NCBI GenBank assembly: GCA_038883655.1
Contig: JAVZLQ010000002.1
Location: forward strand, 238,396-302,395
Direction: 5' to 3'
Source: Candidatus Bathyarchaeia archaeon
Lineage (GTDB): Archaea > Thermoproteota > Bathyarchaeia > Bathyarchaeales > Bathycorpusculaceae
DNA: 64,000 nt
Shown one piece after another: positions 58,894-64,000 of this stretch. Made by a program: the position numbers and the translations under genes. The notes beneath the pieces are model-generated. The model was given only the letters and a program-made list of their open reading frames with translations, searched no databases and had not been told where the DNA came from. Each line of letters starts with the position of its first letter. Within the stretch, counting starts at the first letter, position 1.

Positions 58894-59271
58894 TCATTTC
58901 TTTTTAAAGAAAAGCCAGTTTTTCTCGTCTTTAAACCTTAAGAGCACATATGTTCCACGAAGTTTTTCGCCACGAATCTCTATAATGAGCTTATTCGGCT
59001 TTCTGTCCAAAAGCCTATAGGTCCCCCTATCCCAAATCTCCACCTTTCCAGCACCATACTCGCCTTCTGGAATCACACCTTCAAACTTTTCGTATCCAAG
59101 CGGGTGATCTTCAACTTGAACCGCAAGCCTCCTAACGCCAGTAACTGTTGGGGGCTCTTTTGGAATAGCCCAGCTTTTTAGGACACCGTCCATTTCAAGG
59201 CGCAAATCATAATGCAGATGCGTTGCCGCATGCTTTTGGACGACATAAATTTTTTCTTCACTTGACGCCAT
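58894..59271 (-). CDS. stand-alone LigD 3'-phosphoesterase domain
   Basis: [35 protein letters not shown]. Confidence 0.93.
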   Translation of the reverse strand: MASSEEKIYVVQKHAATHLHYDLRLEMDGVLKSWAIPKEPPTVTGVRRLAVQVEDHPLGYEKFEGVIPEGEYGAGKVEIWDRGTYRLLDRKPNKLIIEIRGEKLRGTYVLLRFKDEKNWLFFKKK

Positions 59272-59384
59272 CGGAACCTTTACTCCTTTTTGTTTATCAA
59301 CATGCTTTGTTATGGCTTTAAAAGGTTAAAGTTCAATGGTGTTTAAAAAGGTAGGTTTAGAAAAATGGGGAAGTCCTGCGCTTT

Positions 59385-59807
59385 TTACTTTAAGCCTTCA
59401 GCTAATGTTGTGAAGGTGTCGTGGTGTTCCTCTTCATCTTCAAGTATCTGCTTGAAAATATAGGCTGTTGTCACGTCGCCTTCCTTCTGCGCTAAATCAA
59501 TTATTGTCTTATAAAGTTCTATGGCGCCTTCCTCGTCCTTAATGTCTCGTTGAATCATCTCCTTAAGGTTTTTTCCCACAAAAATCGGCGTGGGTTTTGT
59601 TGTTGGTGTTCCGCCGAGGTAAACAAGTCTCTCGGCAATCTTTTCAGCGTGTTTCATCTCTGTTATTGCTATCTTCTTCAATTCCTCTTGTACAGCGAAT
59701 CCGCTCACCCCGCTCCATTGAACATGCTGCCACATATACTGTATCGAAACTTGCAGTTCTCTAGCAACCGCATCATTCAGCGTTTCCAGCAACTTTTTTG
59801 AAGCCAA
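59385..59807 (-). CDS. ferritin-like (bacterioferritin-type) protein
   Basis: E...SIQY, EMKHAE, E..AI..Y, DEEEH diiron ligands. Confidence 0.9.
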   Translation of the reverse strand: MASKKLLETLNDAVARELQVSIQYMWQHVQWSGVSGFAVQEELKKIAITEMKHAEKIAERLVYLGGTPTTKPTPIFVGKNLKEMIQRDIKDEEGAIELYKTIIDLAQKEGDVTTAYIFKQILEDEEEHHDTFTTLAEGLK

Positions 59808-59907
59808 AATTTTTCACCTACAATCACATTATTAAACCGCATTTATAATATTCTTATTATATTAAATTTTCCTAAGAATACAAAACATCAAGAGAGACGC
59901 ATGAAAG

Positions 59908-60345
59908 TTGAAGTTTAAATATCCAGAGAAGCTTTGCTTCAAATGCATAAGATGCGCCCTTTGTTGTGGCGACACAAAAAACAGGACAAGAACAATTCTA
60001 ATGCTGAAAATCGAAGCTGAAAAAATAGCCGAAAAAACCAGAATGAACTTGGAATTCTTTGCAGAAGAGGTTAATGGCTTTGAGCCATATGCTTATAAAA
60101 TGCGAAAAACCGCCAATGGAAAATGCGTATTCCTAAATAAAAACCAATGTATAATATACGCTTACAGACCATTAATCTGCAGATTTTACCCCTTCGAACT
60201 AAAAGAAATAGGCAATGGCACGTACGTTTTCGCTTACACAAAAGAATGCCCTGGAATCGGAAAAGGAAGAGCACTAAAAAGAGGTTTCTTTGAAAAACTC
60301 TTTAAGAGATTTAGGAAATTGATGGCTGAAAACATCCTAGAATAG
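59908..60345 (+). CDS. YkgJ family cysteine cluster protein
   Basis: C.RC..CC, C.FL...C.IY..RP..CR.YPF, CPG.G. Confidence 0.9.
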   Translation: MKFKYPEKLCFKCIRCALCCGDTKNRTRTILMLKIEAEKIAEKTRMNLEFFAEEVNGFEPYAYKMRKTANGKCVFLNKNQCIIYAYRPLICRFYPFELKEIGNGTYVFAYTKECPGIGKGRALKRGFFEKLFKRFRKLMAENILE

Positions 60346-60362
60346 CGAAACCTTTGTAGGGG

Positions 60363-60983
60363 CTACTGTGGACTCTGGGGCGCAGGCACTCCAGCTACAA
60401 CTGTCCTTCTACTGACAATTGTTACGAGCAGCATCAGCGCAAACAACACTGTTGTAGCTAGGAAAAGGTACATCATAAGCACAGTGTTGTTGTGGGCAGC
60501 TTCAAGGTTTTGCAGCTGCTGCTTATACGGCGATTCAACATACATGAGCAACTCGTGTGTGGGATTATCTGATTGAATCCATCTCTGCAATGCATCGTTC
60601 CATATTTCCGTTTTCGCCCTAACATTAACTCGTCCATATCCAGAAGCAATATTTGCTGGCAACGTGAATGGAACGCTAAACGATGCTGACTGCCCAACAT
60701 TAATTGTAAATGGAGGAGTAACGTTTGCATAAAACGTTTGCGTATACTGCAAGCCATCAGTATAGAAATAATTTAGCGTCGCAGAAACCTCAGTTACCCT
60801 AATAGGATTACCTTTATCATTATACACCGTAACATTGACATATCCAGAACCACCCGGGTAATATGCGCTCCTATCAAACGTACACGCGGTAATCTCAGCG
60901 GCATACCCAACAGAAAGGCCTTCAGCCAAAGCTAAAGCACAAAGCAACAGCGATAAAGTGGCAACCTTAACATGCATTTCCAA
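60363..60983 (-). CDS. exported Ig-like protein with C-terminal TM
   Basis: Signal peptide, YPG...V.V.N, C-terminal hydrophobic helix; GGAGG RBS. Confidence 0.75.
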   Translation of the reverse strand: MEMHVKVATLSLLLCALALAEGLSVGYAAEITACTFDRSAYYPGGSGYVNVTVYNDKGNPIRVTEVSATLNYFYTDGLQYTQTFYANVTPPFTINVGQSASFSVPFTLPANIASGYGRVNVRAKTEIWNDALQRWIQSDNPTHELLMYVESPYKQQLQNLEAAHNNTVLMMYLFLATTVLFALMLLVTIVSRRTVVAGVPAPQSPQ

Positions 60984-61082
60984 TTCAAATTTTCCTCCCT
61001 TTCAAGTTGTTAGGCTTTTCTAATTTCCGAATAAAAGTAAAAATGTTATGAAGTCAGAATCCAAATCCAAACTAAACAGGAG

Positions 61083-61109
61083 TGGTGGGGTAGCTGGGAT
61101 TTGAACCCA
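61083..61109 (-). other. tRNA 3' fragment, probable att site
   Basis: Minus strand TGGGTTCAAATCCCAGCTACCCCACCA = T-arm, acceptor 3' strand and CCA; no 5' half upstream. Confidence 0.8.
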
Positions 61110-61118
61110 CCGCGGCAT

Positions 61119-61149
61119 GGAGATTTCTCCCGCAAATTCTCTTCTTTTT
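61119..61149 (-). repeat. 31-bp element-boundary motif, copy 2
   Basis: 26/31 identity to 537..567 in inverted orientation; about 10 bp inside the att fragment. Confidence 0.65.
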
Positions 61150-61196
61150 CTGTTCTGGGTTTAAAATGGGAGTATTTTTCCCTTGGGGCAGTTTAA

Positions 61197-61913
61197 TTGG
61201 AAGCCTTTGTAAGCTTGGACTTTCTCCGTAGCAGACTTCCTGCAGACTTGTTAGAAGAGTTAGCCTCATTTTTAGGTTTATGTTTAGAATGCGGTGGATG
61301 TTTGCGTAGGGTTGATGGTGAAGTTATCTGTATAAAGTGTGGACGTGTTTGGGGCTACGAGAACGTTGACGAAAGTGTTCCTTTTCCCGAAGGAGAGGAT
61401 GATGGGGCGGATAGCCATTTTGAGGGGCATTGGCAGCCTGGCAGCAGCCTATGCTTCTTGAAGGGTTTAGGCGACCCGGTTTTGGAAAATAATGGCGGAA
61501 AGGGTTTGATGCGTGTTTTGGCTTTGGCGCCTAATGGCGGGGAGGATTTGGGGCTTAGAGCGCGTAGAATAAAGATTATCGCCCAGATGGAGGATCCGCC
61601 GCAGCTTAGAAGAATCCTCTCCAGAATCTCACATCTTCTAGATAGGCTAGGATTCCGCGGAAATTATGAAATTGCCGCTTACACGGGCAATTTGGCTAGG
61701 AAAATTGTTGCGTTTGCCTTAGCTGCTCGTCTAAAAGTTCCGACAGGATGGGCAGACGCGATAGTAAAGTATGCCTTCAACAAATTACAGCTAAATGTGG
61801 GTTTACAAAATCAAGTTTTAAGCGTCAAGGATGAGGATTTGCATTTTGTGGAATGGTTCGAAGACGCCACGCAGAAGTTAAAGCTTAAAGAGGTTAAGCC
61901 TTCATCGGAGTAA
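61197..61913 (+). CDS. divergent truncated TFB-like protein
   Basis: CLECG...GEVIC.KCG ribbon; P.S.....KGL as in host TFB; about one helical repeat. Confidence 0.6.
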   Translation: MEAFVSLDFLRSRLPADLLEELASFLGLCLECGGCLRRVDGEVICIKCGRVWGYENVDESVPFPEGEDDGADSHFEGHWQPGSSLCFLKGLGDPVLENNGGKGLMRVLALAPNGGEDLGLRARRIKIIAQMEDPPQLRRILSRISHLLDRLGFRGNYEIAAYTGNLARKIVAFALAARLKVPTGWADAIVKYAFNKLQLNVGLQNQVLSVKDEDLHFVEWFEDATQKLKLKEVKPSSE

Positions 61914-62820
61914 GCCAAGGCTCCGCCAAAGTGCGATACGCTTCTCTCCAGCCTTCTCGGCTTTTGCCGATGTAAACTATCTGCTGTTCCGGAACCTTAT
62001 GCCCCATCCAAAACTCTATGTAAAGCGGGTCAACCTTATGATCGCTTAAGATAGTGCGGAAAGCAGCCCGCAACGAGTGGGGGCTGTAAGGGTTCCGCCC
62101 CTTAAACTTTCCGCCAAACTTTGCGCCTACTCGTGCGAAGTAGCTGTCAACAGCCCTAGCAGAAACCGAAAATATGTGTGTATCCTCTTGTAAGTTTCTG
62201 CTCTCTAAGTGCTGTTTTAGAAGCGATAAAGCCCATCCGCCTAGAAATGTTAGGAAGGGTATGTTTGTCTTCTTTCTTGAAAGGTCTAGGCAGAGGGGCG
62301 ATACACCCTTCTCAAACTCGTTTTGGATGTCTGCGTATTTTAGGCTTAAAAGGTCTGATATGCTTAAGCCGCTTTGGACGATGCAGGCTGCGATACAACG
62401 GTATTGGATGTTGTCCATCAACGCGGTGAATTTGCCTATCTCCTCAATAGTCCATGGATGCTTTTTGTGGAGGGCTTTTGCTGGTGGGCGGCTAACATAA
62501 CGAGTGCTTATGGAAATGTCATAGTATTTTGCGAGAGATTGTACGGCTCCAACATACGTGTTTATGGATTTCGGCGCAAAGCCTTCGTTCTGCAAATAGC
62601 CTATGAAGGCGTTTAGGGTTTTGCGGGCTACCCGTGTTTTCTCTAGCCTAGGCTTTTGCAGGTCTTCCTCAACAAGCCTTAGAAAACCAGCCGCATCAAG
62701 CCCCTGCCCAGATAAGAATTCTTGGAATTTGGCTAAGCTCCTAGCATAAACGTGACGCGTTCCAGCTCTAAGGGCTGAGAGGAACTCCTCAACTTCTGGC
62801 GATGATAGTCGCGACATCAA
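61894..62820 (-). CDS. tyrosine recombinase/integrase
   Basis: QSGL...DLL, RKKT, PHSLR, MGH, C-terminal Y. Confidence 0.9.
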   Translation of the reverse strand: MMSRLSSPEVEEFLSALRAGTRHVYARSLAKFQEFLSGQGLDAAGFLRLVEEDLQKPRLEKTRVARKTLNAFIGYLQNEGFAPKSINTYVGAVQSLAKYYDISISTRYVSRPPAKALHKKHPWTIEEIGKFTALMDNIQYRCIAACIVQSGLSISDLLSLKYADIQNEFEKGVSPLCLDLSRKKTNIPFLTFLGGWALSLLKQHLESRNLQEDTHIFSVSARAVDSYFARVGAKFGGKFKGRNPYSPHSLRAAFRTILSDHKVDPLYIEFWMGHKVPEQQIVYIGKSREGWREAYRTLAEPWLTPMKA

Positions 62821-63123
62821 CTGAAAAATTTAATGGAAAAGCCATAACTCTGAACAGCCTTTCATATTATGGCGCTTTAAAGGCTTTTTGAAAATTTTCT
62901 GTTCAGTTGGGCGTTTTGGGCTTTTCTGTTAAGAGGTGTTAACAGCAATGGATTTATCATGCATGTAAACGCTGGGGTGGGGTTTTTCTGCGCATAAAAA
63001 CGCCAGCCAAGAGCTGAGTGGCGGCGCAATAGAGAGTTAAAATAATAAATTAATGGAGTGATAGGCGCAAGGCTAGTATATGTTCAAGTGTGCAATTTTT
63101 CCTTCAGAGGGAGGGGTGCCTCT

Positions 63124-63624
63124 ATGCCGAGGCAAAAGCTTGCCGGAAAAGTTGGCGCGTCTTTGCACCTTTGGGTTCCCCTTGACTTGGCTGAGGCTGC
63201 TAAAAGGCTGTGTGTGTCAAGGGGCACTTCACTAAGCGCTGTGGTAACCGACTTCCTTAAAAGATGGGTTGGTGAGGCAGGCGAAGCAGGTGAATGGGCT
63301 GAAGACTACGAGTTTTTGAAACGGGAATATCGCCGCCTATTCCGCGAATTTGAAAGGCTCCACGCCCAAATAAGGAAGGAAGACCCAGAAGACGAACTAT
63401 TAAACCTAGCAGTAGAACAAGGCCTAGACACTGAAAAACTCGCAAACATAGATGAGGTTGTCGCCAAACTCCTAACAGCCTACGACGGACCCCCAGAAAA
63501 ACTCCACCTCTTCATAGACTACCTAGAAGCAGCTAAACGCCTATGCCAAAAACAAGAAAAACTAACAAACACAAGAAAACAAAAATACCCACCACCAAAA
63601 CAACAAGAAACAAACAACCATTAA
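63124..63624 (+). CDS. ribbon-helix-helix-like plus coiled-coil protein
   Basis: LHLWVP.DL...AK.......SLS.VV..FL; ATG at 63124 with GGAGG RBS. Confidence 0.65.
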   Translation: MPRQKLAGKVGASLHLWVPLDLAEAAKRLCVSRGTSLSAVVTDFLKRWVGEAGEAGEWAEDYEFLKREYRRLFREFERLHAQIRKEDPEDELLNLAVEQGLDTEKLANIDEVVAKLLTAYDGPPEKLHLFIDYLEAAKRLCQKQEKLTNTRKQKYPPPKQQETNNH

Positions 63625-63758
63625 ACGTTATTAATGGAACAAAAGGCGACGGTATAAAAATTTAAAAATGTTGTAGCTCTTGCTCTACTCGTGGCGTTCA
63701 ATTTTTGGTTAGGAAAGTTTTATATGATAGAGGAATCCTCAAGAGCTCTGCAGTCTTG

Positions 63759-63955
63759 ATGGACGACTTTTGGTGTGACCTTTTCTGTCATATCGCTTGT
63801 TGGGTGCTTATGGGGTGATGGTAGCGGCATGCCTTGCTGGTGGCGTTGTAACCTACGGTGGTCTATTGGTAGCTTGTTTATACCTGTTAACTTACGGATG
63901 GGACTATTTGGGGCACTTTTGTGACATAGCGTGCTATCTCTGGTGTGGCGGGTAA
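63759..63955 (+). pseudogene. Cys-rich hydrophobic peptide (halocin C8-like layout) split at a G4 run
   Basis: ORFs 63759..63818 (MDDFWCDLFCHIACWVLMG) and 63818..63955 (MVAACLAGG...FCDIACYLWCGG) join with one extra G. Confidence 0.45.
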
Positions 63956-64000
63956 CGACCCTTTAGACATGCTACTGCAACCTCTGAGAAGGTGGGCTTA

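Larger units (their letters stand above)
61083..64000. mobile_element. tRNA-targeting integrated element (partial, continues past right edge)
   Basis: att-like tRNA fragment, integrase within 1 kb, RHH-like gene and orphan ORFs. Confidence 0.75.

Noticed and set aside
61083-61170. Complete or split tRNA gene
   Set aside because: No D-arm or anticodon arm and the T-stem is broken at its first pair; position next to an integrase fits an att remnant better.
990-63445. Many 60-210 aa antisense or alternate-frame ORFs in the track (e.g. 34060..34698, 10870..11388, 7087..7584)
   Set aside because: They overlap well-supported genes and lack motifs and RBS; shadow ORFs.
1-64000. CRISPR array or rRNA genes
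   Set aside because: No regularly spaced 24-40 bp direct repeats and no rRNA signature sequences were seen.

Overview
Archaeal chromosome segment, probably Bathyarchaeia. This is inferred from the gene set (TFB, aIF-1A, aIF-2beta, aIF-1, L35Ae, RIO1/Dim2, LonB, split GcvPA/PB, DUF2099, NosD-type PEF-tailed surface protein) and from the GGTGA/GGAGG ribosome-binding sites with frequent TTG/GTG starts. Most of the window is housekeeping: translation, Feo iron uptake, glycine cleavage, NAD salvage, ABC exporters, an ArsR/ArsP/thioredoxin regulon, tRNA-His (with intron) and tRNA-Gln. Each end of the window appears to cut an integrated tyrosine-recombinase element, and the two share a 31-bp boundary motif. 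The right element starts at a tRNA 3' fragment and carries a truncated TFB homologue and a frameshifted Cys-rich halocin-like peptide. Main observations: (1) a small gene whose predicted mRNA 5' and 3' ends form a 22-bp duplex burying the RBS and start codon; (2) a thiolase that has lost its recognisable catalytic residues, next to a DUF35-HMG-CoA synthase fusion; (3) the lon gene enclosed by perfect 23-bp inverted repeats with a 4-bp flanking duplication and no transposase. All calls come from motif recognition by eye; no database searches were run.
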